In this document: positions 1 through 9,422 of the stretch, piece after piece
Position numbering within the stretch: position 1 is the first letter of the stretch
Layout of the letters: each line of letters opens with the position of its first letter
Source: Alphaproteobacteria bacterium
GTDB taxonomy: Bacteria; Pseudomonadota; Alphaproteobacteria; GCA-2731375
Reading direction: 5' to 3'
Length of the DNA: 64,000 nt
Assembly (NCBI GenBank): GCA_965232515.1
Contig: CBDDPY010000002.1
Span: 6,048,001-6,112,000, forward strand
Made by a program: the position numbers and the translations under genes
Notes under the pieces: model-generated
What the model was told of the DNA's origin: nothing
Database searches by the model: none
What the model saw: only the letters and a program-made list of their open reading frames with translations

Positions 1-149
1 AGGCCTATATCCACGGCTTCAACCTGGTGGTCGAGGGCGTGCGGCAGCTGCGCGGCGAATCGACCAGTCAGGTGCCGGACGCCAGGCTGTGCCTGGTCTC
101 GGGCGGGGAAAGCGTGACGCCGACCAGCGCCGCGATCCTGGGGGTCTGA
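1..149 (+). CDS. C-terminal fragment of thiolase-like / lipid-transfer (Ltp2/SCP-x-like) protein, truncated by window edge
   Basis: Frame from nt 3 reads AYIHGFNLVVEGVRQLRGESTSQVPDARLCLVSGG...*, typical of this family's C-terminus; immediately followed by a DUF35 gene. Confidence 0.8.
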   Translation, partial: AYIHGFNLVVEGVRQLRGESTSQVPDARLCLVSGGESVTPTSAAILGV

Positions 150-152
150 GCC

Positions 153-575
153 ATGCCGTATCTGCCCGACAGCCTGCCCTTTCCCGAGCCCGACCTAGAC
201 GCGGCGGAGTTCTGGGCGCATTGCCGGGATCGCCGGCTGATGTTCCAGGCTTGCGGCGATTGCGGCGTGGCGCAACACCCGCCGCTTCCGGTCTGCCCCG
301 CCTGCCAGTCGGCGAACCGAACCTGGGTGCCGGCGCCGGCCGAGGCGCGGGTGTTCAGCTATACTTTCGCGCACTATGCCTCGCACGCGGCCGTGCGCGA
401 CCGGCTGCCCTACAATGTCGCGGTGATCGCGTTTCCCGCGCTGCCGGGCGTGAAGCTGATTAGCAACGTGATCGACGCCGCGCCCGGCGCGCTGGCTGTG
501 GGTTCGGCCGTCGAGCTTGCCTGGGACGAGGGCCCGGACGGCCAATGGCTGCCGCGGTTTCGGTTGCTGACGTAG
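153..575 (+). CDS. DUF35 Zn-ribbon/OB-fold protein (thiolase partner)
   Basis: AEFWAHC...CGDCG...PPLPVCPAC rubredoxin-like Zn ribbon plus OB-fold (PYNVAVI); adjacent to thiolase-like gene. Confidence 0.9.
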   Translation: MPYLPDSLPFPEPDLDAAEFWAHCRDRRLMFQACGDCGVAQHPPLPVCPACQSANRTWVPAPAEARVFSYTFAHYASHAAVRDRLPYNVAVIAFPALPGVKLISNVIDAAPGALAVGSAVELAWDEGPDGQWLPRFRLLT

Positions 576-594
576 CGCCTTTTCCCGCGGCGCG

Positions 595-688
595 CTTCGA
601 GACGCGCCCTATGGGCGCTCCTCAGCGTGAGGCTGTGCAGTAGGAGCCACGGCCTCAGCCTGAGGAAGGCCGAAGGCCTGTCTCGAAG
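595..688. repeat. Inverted REP dimer, family A (CTTCGAGAC...CCTCAGCGTGAGG / CCTCAGCCTGAGG...GTCTCGAAG)
   Basis: Arms 595-632 and 653-688 are inverted copies with internal hairpins; related copies at 18605 and 21025. Confidence 0.85.
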
Positions 689-704
689 GCGGATATTGTG
701 GCTC

Positions 705-732
705 TTGACAACGCGGCGGCTAGATGCAGTCT
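705..732 (+). promoter_or_regulatory. Putative sigma70 promoter for small transcription unit
   Basis: Perfect TTGACA at 705-710; weak -10 candidate (CAGTCT, 727-732). Confidence 0.5.
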
Positions 733-769
733 TTCCGCATCGGTGCAACAGCAGAAAGGAGGTGATCCA

Positions 770-868
770 ATGTCTGACGTTTTGGTGACGGTGAGTACTG
801 CGCCCGCGTTCGGTGGCGGATCCAACACGATGACTTGGACGACGCCTTCTCGAACGGGGATTGCATAG
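770..868 (+). CDS. Putative 32-aa small protein MSDVLVTVSTAPAFGGGSNTMTWTTPSRTGIA (or sORF within an sRNA)
   Basis: ATG directly after AGAAAGGAGGTGATCCA; candidate promoter upstream and terminator downstream; below ORF-track cutoff. Confidence 0.55.
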   Translation: MSDVLVTVSTAPAFGGGSNTMTWTTPSRTGIA

Positions 869-934
869 GCAGCACTCACTGCCGACCGGCGGTCGCCAAG
901 AACGGCCCCGGCTTCACCTAACGTGAAAAACTGC

Positions 935-968
935 GACGCCGCGCCTCCCGGTGCGGCGTTTTTCTTTT
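935..968 (+). terminator. Rho-independent terminator, possibly bidirectional
   Basis: GACGCCGCGCC-TCCC-GGTGCGGCGTT stem followed by TTTCTTTT; A5 tract at 926-930 gives a U-tract on the minus strand. Confidence 0.8.
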
Positions 969-983
969 GCGTCGATCGGCGCC

Positions 984-1313
984 TCAGACGACCAGCGCGG
1001 CGAGCGTCGGGACCTTCTTGGCGATCTCCATGGCCACCGCGCCGAGGCGTTCGACGCGGGCCTTGAGTTGCGCCTGCGACCAGTTTCGCGCCGAGGCGAG
1101 CTCGACCGTCTTGATCAGCTTGGCGTAGGCCGCCTCGTCCGCGGTGTCCGGCGTGATGCCCTTGATCACGTCGCCGGTGAGGTTCTTCAGGTCCGCCAAC
1201 TGGTCCTTGTAGCGGCCGTTCACCGCCGCCACCGAGACCTCGAATAACTCGTCGAGATAGGCGTCGATATCGGCGTCGTCGCCGAAGGTGGGATTGCCGC
1301 CGGTGTCGCTCAT
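984..1313 (-). CDS. Hypothetical all-helical protein (109 aa, acidic N-terminus)
   Basis: Clean ORF with GAGGGA RBS; last gene of a 3-gene operon. Confidence 0.8.
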   Translation of the reverse strand: MSDTGGNPTFGDDADIDAYLDELFEVSVAAVNGRYKDQLADLKNLTGDVIKGITPDTADEAAYAKLIKTVELASARNWSQAQLKARVERLGAVAMEIAKKVPTLAALVV

Positions 1314-1332
1314 GACGTTGTCCCTCGCGTCG

Positions 1333-2052
1333 TCATTCGTTCGTGATGCGCTGCTTCAGCTTGTCCAGGCCCTCGCGCAGGGCCTGGACCTTGGCCACCG
1401 CGTCGCCGACGCTGTCGGCTTTGGATTCCGCCTCGCTGGTGATCTTGGCGATGTCATCCGACAGCCGTGTCAGCGTCGAGGTAACCCTCTCGCGCAAACC
1501 ATCGGCGCCGACATCGGCCAGGATCTCGTCTTGCGCGACTTGCACCTGTCGGATCGAGGCGAGATGGCCGGCGACCACGGAATAACCGCGCTGCATGCGC
1601 TGGTAGGAGGCGTCGATCGCGGCCATGTAGTCGCGCCGCTGCTGCTCCAGCGGATCCAGCAGCTCGCGGCGCTTGGCCTCGGTCTCGCGCTGCTGCCGGC
1701 GGATGAAGCCCTGCATCAGCCGGAGCGCCGTGTTGTCGGGAACGGCGGCCGAATCTCGAAGGTGCTCGACGAAGGTCTTGTTGCCGAAGGCCGGGATGCG
1801 GCGGGTCAGCGCTTCCTGGGTCAGGGCCGGGCTGTAGGTGTTGTCGATGAAGTTGTTGATGGTCTGCCGGTTCTGATCGAAATAGACCGTGGCCAGATCG
1901 CGGTGCGCCCGCTGCATCTCGGCCATGTCTTGCGAGACCAGGTCGGACAGCTCGACAGCCTCCTGGGGCACGTCGGCGCAGGCCGCAAGGCCGAGCGCGG
2001 CGGCGGCACAGAGGGCGATCCAGGCTCGGACGGGCTTCGAGATACGCTGCAT
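1333..2052 (-). CDS. Hypothetical helical/coiled-coil lipoprotein
   Basis: Signal peptide ending in lipobox LAA-C; long amphipathic helices. Confidence 0.85.
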   Translation of the reverse strand: MQRISKPVRAWIALCAAAALGLAACADVPQEAVELSDLVSQDMAEMQRAHRDLATVYFDQNRQTINNFIDNTYSPALTQEALTRRIPAFGNKTFVEHLRDSAAVPDNTALRLMQGFIRRQQRETEAKRRELLDPLEQQRRDYMAAIDASYQRMQRGYSVVAGHLASIRQVQVAQDEILADVGADGLRERVTSTLTRLSDDIAKITSEAESKADSVGDAVAKVQALREGLDKLKQRITNE

Positions 2053-2084
2053 GACGCTTTACCGTTGGTTGTTGGTCTTGGTTG

Positions 2085-2555
2085 TCAGGCCTGCATGATC
2101 TCGCCGGGGAAGCCCGGCGAATAGTGCTGGCCGTCATAGGTCAGGACCTCGCGGCGGTTCTGGTCGGGGCCGACATAGCTGCAATGCACCCAGCCGGCGG
2201 TGGGGTTGCCGTCGACCCAGAACTCCAGGATCAGCTGGTCGAAATCCAGATTGTCGGCGATGTGCCGGGCCAGCTCGATGTTCGAGATGCCGGGGATCTC
2301 GAAATCGACGGCCTGGCCCTTCACGTGCTGAGAGCGGTTGGACGAGCCGATGGCCCGGTTCAGCTCGGGCCCGCGGTACCAGGAGCTGGGCGAGAACGGC
2401 CGGGCGAAATGGTTCCGGCAGGGCTCGAGGATATGCTCGGCGACCAGCTTCAGCGCCTTGAGCGCTTCGTCGTCGGGCTTGTTGTCGATACCCTTGCGCA
2501 GCGCAGTCTGCGACTTGATGGCTTCCGCCAGCGTGAAGTGCGGCGAAATATTCAT
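2085..2555 (-). CDS. Peptidase M15A family (D-Ala-D-Ala carboxypeptidase/endolysin-like Zn peptidase)
   Basis: SPHFTLAE N-terminus; WYRGPELNRAIG, SQHVKGQAVD (H-x6-D) and WVHCSY Zn motifs; no signal peptide. Confidence 0.9.
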   Translation of the reverse strand: MNISPHFTLAEAIKSQTALRKGIDNKPDDEALKALKLVAEHILEPCRNHFARPFSPSSWYRGPELNRAIGSSNRSQHVKGQAVDFEIPGISNIELARHIADNLDFDQLILEFWVDGNPTAGWVHCSYVGPDQNRREVLTYDGQHYSPGFPGEIMQA

Positions 2556-2608
2556 GGCAGCCCCCAACAGATCAGTTGTTTTTGTCTTTGTGCTTTGTCG
2601 GTCGGATT

Positions 2609-2636
2609 AGCCTATCCCGCCGCCGTTCCTTATCAA
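2609..2636 (-). promoter_or_regulatory. Putative sigma70 promoter of the M15A operon
   Basis: Minus strand TTGATA-N16-TAGGCT. Confidence 0.45.
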
Positions 2637-2655
2637 AGTGTCGCGGTTCACATGC

Positions 2656-3678
2656 CTATGCGCCGACGATGTCGGTGACGAGGTGGGCGATGCAGTCACC
2701 ACGCTCGACCCGGGCGAAGTGGCGCTTGCAGATCAACATACCGCCGGCCTTGAAGCTGACGGTGACGGGCTCGCGGCCGGGATCGTCGACGAAATGGATG
2801 CAGCCGGCGGGCGCGCCCGCCTCGACCTCCGCGCCGAGCTCATGGAACGGCTCGAACAGCCCGGCGTCGGGTGCATAGACGAAGTAGTCGCGGGTCGCGA
2901 TCTCGACCAGGCGGATCTTCTCGGGCGGGCCGACGTCGGGAAAGCGGTCGCGGTTCTTCAGCACGCCGAAATAGTCGAGCGCCCGGACGGCGCCGTTGCG
3001 GGTCAGCTGCACGCCGGCCGGGCTGACGCGGCCGCCGCCGCCGGCTTCGGTGCCGAGGTAGATGACGTTGTTGTCCTGCGCCGTGCTGCGGGCCAGGCGC
3101 TTGTCGTCGAAATAGTCCCAGATCACGCTGATCGGCGCGCCGAACGCCATCAGGGCCTCGCGGGCCCGCGCGTTGTAGTCGGCGTCCTCGGTCAGATAGC
3201 ACATGGCCATGGGCACGTAGTCGAGTGATGAGCCGCCGGAATGCAGGTCGATCCAGCCGTCGCACATGGGCGCCAGGACGGTATGGATGTAGTGTGCGAT
3301 TTCCTGCGTCGGACCGCGACTGGGGTCGCCGGGGAACGAGCGGTTCAGGTTGCCGCCGTCGAGCGGGGAGACGCGGGCGCCGGCCATGGCGGCGGGATAG
3401 TTCGCGGCCGGCATGACGATGACGCGGCCGGAAATGTCCTCGGGTTGCAACTCGCGGATCAAGCGGCAGAGCGTGACCTGGCCTTCATATTCGTCGCCGT
3501 GGTTGCCCGACATCAGCAGCACCGTCGGGCCCTCGCCGTTGCGGATCACCGTTAGCGGGATTGAGATGTTGCCGTAGGCCGAACGCGTGACCGAATAGGG
3601 CATTTGCAGATAGCCGTTCTGCTTGCCGTCGGCCTCGAAGTCGAGCTCGGTCCAGATCCGGGATGGTGTCGTTGTCAT
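2656..3678 (-). CDS. Succinylglutamate desuccinylase/aspartoacylase family deacylase (DoeB-like)
   Basis: GNHGDEYEG, NLNRSFPG, DLHSGG, TEAGGG motifs; start reassigned to MTTTPS. Confidence 0.9.
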   Translation of the reverse strand: MTTTPSRIWTELDFEADGKQNGYLQMPYSVTRSAYGNISIPLTVIRNGEGPTVLLMSGNHGDEYEGQVTLCRLIRELQPEDISGRVIVMPAANYPAAMAGARVSPLDGGNLNRSFPGDPSRGPTQEIAHYIHTVLAPMCDGWIDLHSGGSSLDYVPMAMCYLTEDADYNARAREALMAFGAPISVIWDYFDDKRLARSTAQDNNVIYLGTEAGGGGRVSPAGVQLTRNGAVRALDYFGVLKNRDRFPDVGPPEKIRLVEIATRDYFVYAPDAGLFEPFHELGAEVEAGAPAGCIHFVDDPGREPVTVSFKAGGMLICKRHFARVERGDCIAHLVTDIVGA

Positions 3679-3701
3679 TCTTGTTCCCCACTCGTTACGG
3701 A

Positions 3702-5042
3702 TTATTGGTTCTTCAGCGCGGCCTCGACGGTGGCGGCGATCGACAGCACGCGATGGTCGGCGCCGTGCTCGCCCATGATCATCAGGCCCACGGGGAGGTC
3801 GCCTGGCGCCTGGCAAGGCAGCGAGGCGGCGCAGCGGTCGAGGAAGTTGCCGACGGTGCAGTTGCGCAGGCTCAACAGGTTCAGGCGGTAATAGTCGTCG
3901 TCGACCTCCAGATCCGCCATGCGCGGGGCCAGGATCGCCACGGTCGGCATCAGCACCGCGTCGAACGGCGCGGTCAGCTTGTGGACCCGGGCGATCAGGT
4001 CGGCGCGCGCGTTCACCAGATCGATATAGTCGGCGGCGCTCATCTCGGCGCCGCGGCGGATGCGGCTGCCGACGCGCGGGTCGTAACGATCGCCGGCGCG
4101 GTCGAGCAGGTCGCGGTGCCAGGCATAGGCCTCGGCGGCCGGGAAGCCGCCGTTGACGCTGAGCTGCGGGATCTCATGCAGCTCGGCCAGCGGAATGTCC
4201 GTGATCGTCGCGCCGGCGGTCGACAGCCGCGACAAGGTCGCGTCGAAAGCACCGGCGACGGCGTCGTCGAGATCGTCCAGGACATATTGTTGCGGCACGG
4301 CGAAACGCAGGCCGGTGAGCGGTGCCTCGTCGGGTAGGCGGATCGGCACACCGGCCAGCACGGCGTCGAGAATGGCGCAACAGGCGACGCTGGCCGCGAG
4401 CGGGCCGATGCTGTCGAGCGAGAAGGACAGCGGCGCCGCGCCGTCGAGCGGCACGCGCGCTTGCGTCGGCTTGAAGCCGGTGATGCCGCAGAAGGCCGAC
4501 GGGATGCGCACCGAGCCGCCGGTATCGGTGCCGAGCGCCGCGACGGCCATGCCGTCGGCCACCGACACGGACGCGCCCGAGGACGAGCCGCCCGGCACGC
4601 GGGTCCGGTCGTGCGGGTTGCCGGGCGTGCCGTAATGCGGGTTGGCGCCGATGCCGGAAAAGGCGAACTCGGTCATGTTGGTGCGGCCGATCGGCACCGC
4701 GCCGGCGGCCCGGACACGGGCCACCACGGGCGCGTCGGTCGTGGCAGGGGCGGCATCCTTGAGGACCACCGAGCCGGCCGTGGTGACCTGGCCCGCGACA
4801 TCGAACAGGTCCTTGATCGAGACCGGCAGGCCGGCAAGGGGTGAGGGCGTGACGCCGTGCGCGCGCAGCCGGTCGCTCGTGTCCGCCATAGCCAAGGCCG
4901 CCTCGCGGTCGACATGCAGGAAGGCGCGCTGGCCCTCGCCGGACGGGTCCTCGATGCGGGCAAGCGCCCGTTCGGTCAGCGCCCGGCTGGTGGTGCGGCC
5001 GGCCGCGAGGTCGGCGGCGAGGTCAAGGACGGTGTCTGGCAT
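3702..5042 (-). CDS. Amidase signature family protein
   Basis: SIKDLFD, PGGSSSG, GTDTGGSVRIP (Lys-Ser-Ser triad). Confidence 0.93.
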   Translation of the reverse strand: MPDTVLDLAADLAAGRTTSRALTERALARIEDPSGEGQRAFLHVDREAALAMADTSDRLRAHGVTPSPLAGLPVSIKDLFDVAGQVTTAGSVVLKDAAPATTDAPVVARVRAAGAVPIGRTNMTEFAFSGIGANPHYGTPGNPHDRTRVPGGSSSGASVSVADGMAVAALGTDTGGSVRIPSAFCGITGFKPTQARVPLDGAAPLSFSLDSIGPLAASVACCAILDAVLAGVPIRLPDEAPLTGLRFAVPQQYVLDDLDDAVAGAFDATLSRLSTAGATITDIPLAELHEIPQLSVNGGFPAAEAYAWHRDLLDRAGDRYDPRVGSRIRRGAEMSAADYIDLVNARADLIARVHKLTAPFDAVLMPTVAILAPRMADLEVDDDYYRLNLLSLRNCTVGNFLDRCAASLPCQAPGDLPVGLMIMGEHGADHRVLSIAATVEAALKNQ

Positions 5043-5129
5043 GCGAAAAGGTTCCCTGGCGGATTTTCGGACGGCGCGGGCATGCTATCATGGCCGAGCG
5101 TCGGAAATAGAGTTGGAAGGAGAGGCGGC

Positions 5130-6062
5130 ATGAGCGCCGTGCAGATCGTCGAGGTGGGGCCGCGGGACGGCCTGCAATCGGTCCCGACCTGGGTGCCGAC
5201 CGAGGACAAGGTCGCGTTCATCCGGGCTCTGCTGCGCGCGGGCGTCAGCCGCTTCGAGATGGGCTCGTTCGTCAGCCCCAAGGCGATCCCGCAGATGAAG
5301 GACATCCGCGACGTGATCGCCGGCCTGGGCCCGCTGGGCGATGTGCGGCCGATGGTGCTGGTACCGAACACGCGCGGCGCGCGGGATGCGGTCGAGGCCG
5401 GCATGAACGAGATCATCTACGTGGTCTCGATGTCGGAATCCCACAACCAGAGCAACGTGCGCCGGCCGGTGCAGCAATCGATCGACGATCTCGGCGTGCT
5501 CTGCCGCGAGGTCGACCCCGACGGCAAGCTGCGGCTGCGCATTGGCCTCGCGACCTCGTTCGACTGCCCGTTCGAGGGCCGCACGCCCGAGGCCAACGTG
5601 CTGCGTAATATCGAGCAGATCCTAGCCATCCGCGAGGATGTCGAGCTGGTGCTGAGCGACACGACCGGCTTTGCCATGCCGGATCATGTCGGCGGTCTCG
5701 CCAGGCAATGCATCGCGCAGTTCGGCGACGGGATCACCTGGGGCTTCCACGGCCACGACACGCTGGGTTTTGCCGTCGCGAACGTGCTGGCGGGCCACGA
5801 GGCCGGGCTGACGGTGTTCGACGGCTCGGCGGCGGGACTGGGCGGCTGCCCGTTCGCGCCGGGCGCCACCGGCAACGTCGCGACCGAGGACCTGATCTAC
5901 CTGTTCCACCGCATGGGCGTCGATACCGGCATCGATCTTGACCTGTTCCTGGAGGCGGCCGACATGGCGGCCAAGATCCCGAACGGCGTCACCGGCGGCC
6001 ATGTCCGACAGATCCCGCGCGAGCGGCTGAAGCTGGAGGGCCCGCGTTACGCTGCCGAATAG
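5130..6062 (+). CDS. Hydroxymethylglutaryl-CoA lyase family (DRE-TIM)
   Basis: VEVGPRDGLQ, HGHDT, GLGGCPFAPGATGNVATED; AAGGAGAGG RBS before ATG 5130. Confidence 0.9.
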   Translation: MSAVQIVEVGPRDGLQSVPTWVPTEDKVAFIRALLRAGVSRFEMGSFVSPKAIPQMKDIRDVIAGLGPLGDVRPMVLVPNTRGARDAVEAGMNEIIYVVSMSESHNQSNVRRPVQQSIDDLGVLCREVDPDGKLRLRIGLATSFDCPFEGRTPEANVLRNIEQILAIREDVELVLSDTTGFAMPDHVGGLARQCIAQFGDGITWGFHGHDTLGFAVANVLAGHEAGLTVFDGSAAGLGGCPFAPGATGNVATEDLIYLFHRMGVDTGIDLDLFLEAADMAAKIPNGVTGGHVRQIPRERLKLEGPRYAAE

Positions 6063-6123
6063 CGGAACGTACGGCTGACCGCGTTGTCGGGCGCGGGCGG
6101 TCGATGCAACGAGAGGGGTCATC

Positions 6124-7257
6124 GTGGCTGAGATTGGCATCGGTCTGATCGGCGCCGGCTGGATGGGCAGGGTGCACGCCACGGCTTACCGCAACGTGCC
6201 GATGGCCTTCGGTCCGGCGCCAGCCGTGCCGCGGCTGGAGGTCATCGCCGACATCGACGAAGACGGGGCCCGCGCCGTCGCCGAGAGCTTCGGCTTCGCG
6301 CGCTGGACCACGGACTGGCGCGAGGTGGTGGCCGATCCGCGGGTCGACGCCGTCGACATCACGGCGCCGAACGACCTGCACCCGGAGATCGCCATCGCCG
6401 CCTGCCGGGCCGGCAAGGCGGTCTATTGCGAGAAGCCGCTGGCGCTGACCGCGGCGGGCTCGCGGGAGATGGCCGAGGCCGCGCGCGAGGCTGATGTCGC
6501 GACCATGGTGGGGTTCAATTATCTCAAGAATCCGGCCCAGGGTTTCGCCCGGCAGCTGATCGAGGCCGGCGAGATCGGCGACGTCATCCAGTTCCGCGGC
6601 ACCTTCGATGTCGATCACATGACCGATCCCAACATGCCTTTTACCTGGCGCACGGAAAAGGCGCTCGCCGGTTCCGGTGCGCTGGGCGATCAGGCCTCGC
6701 ACACCATGAGCTTCTCGCAGTATCTCGTCGGCGATATCGAGGAAGTCTGCGGCATGACCGGCACGTTCGTTGCCGAGCGACCGGTCGGCGCGGGCGCCGA
6801 GATGCGGCAAGTCGAGAACGACGATGTCGTGATGGTGCTGGTACGCTATGCCAATGGCGGCATGGGCTGCATCGAGGCGAGCCGCGTGGCCACCGGTCGC
6901 AAGCTCTGGGCGAGCTATGAGATCCAGGGCACGAAGGGCGCGCTGTTCTTCACCCAGGAACGCATGAACGAGCTGCAGCTTTATCGCCACGGCGATCCGC
7001 CGGCCGAGCGCGGCTACAAGACCATCTATACCGGGCCCGAGCATCCGAACTACGCCGCGTTCCAGCCGTTGCCGGGCGTCGGCCTCGGCTATAACGAACA
7101 GAAGATCATCGAGGCGCATGATTTCATCGTCGCCGTGGCGGAAGGCGGGCGGGCCGAGCCCGACTTCGACTTCGGCCACCGGATCTCCCGCGTGATCGAC
7201 GCGGTTCTGCTGTCGGTCGATGAACGGCGCTGGGTGCGCATCGACGAAATCGAATAG
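6124..7257 (+). CDS. Gfo/Idh/MocA family oxidoreductase
   Basis: GLIGAGWMG Rossmann fold, CEKP, GALGDQASH. Confidence 0.92.
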   Translation: MAEIGIGLIGAGWMGRVHATAYRNVPMAFGPAPAVPRLEVIADIDEDGARAVAESFGFARWTTDWREVVADPRVDAVDITAPNDLHPEIAIAACRAGKAVYCEKPLALTAAGSREMAEAAREADVATMVGFNYLKNPAQGFARQLIEAGEIGDVIQFRGTFDVDHMTDPNMPFTWRTEKALAGSGALGDQASHTMSFSQYLVGDIEEVCGMTGTFVAERPVGAGAEMRQVENDDVVMVLVRYANGGMGCIEASRVATGRKLWASYEIQGTKGALFFTQERMNELQLYRHGDPPAERGYKTIYTGPEHPNYAAFQPLPGVGLGYNEQKIIEAHDFIVAVAEGGRAEPDFDFGHRISRVIDAVLLSVDERRWVRIDEIE

Positions 7258-7263
7258 CGGCGT

Positions 7264-9083
<1,820 letters not shown>

Positions 9084-9087
<4 letters not shown>

Positions 9088-9422
9088 AGCCGTTCGTTCG
9101 GTGGGGCGATTTCGGTGACGAGGTCGCGGATGAGCGGCTTGTTCGCGAGCGGTTCGAGGGTCATTTCGCTGGCCTGCAATTTCGTCGTGCAGGCATAGGC
9201 GACTTTGCCGTCGATGCGCATCATGCATTCCTTGCAGGCGTTGGCGTTGATGCAGGAATAGCGCACGCCGATGGTCGGATCGGCGTGGATGCGCAGCCAG
9301 CGCAGGCCGTCCAGCACCGACTGGCCCGGCTCGAACGGCGCCTCGAAACGGTCGTAGCGCGGTTGCTCGTCCGGGCCGCCACGCCGGATCTTCAGAACGG
9401 TGGTTTCGGTCGGTGCGGTCAT
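9084..9422 (-). CDS. 2Fe-2S protein resembling only the N-terminal domain of SdhB/FrdB
   Basis: SVLDGL...[12 protein letters not shown]...AC...LEPL...LIRDLV; 112 aa; overlaps upstream flavoprotein by ATGA. Confidence 0.85.

Noticed and set aside
753-769. Possible 16S rRNA gene fragment or 1541R primer artefact
   Set aside because: The match ends at GATCCA and does not continue as GCCGCAGG; the flanks look like a native promoter, ORF and terminator
770-868. RiPP precursor (Ser/Thr-rich with GGG)
   Set aside because: No modifying enzymes, peptidase-transporter or Cys residues nearby
655-879. 74-aa minus-strand ORF in the track
   Set aside because: Runs into a REP element, has no RBS, and is antisense to the better-supported plus-strand unit
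984-2555. Prophage remnant
   Set aside because: No other phage genes, att sites or integrase nearby; genes are intact and look host-like in composition
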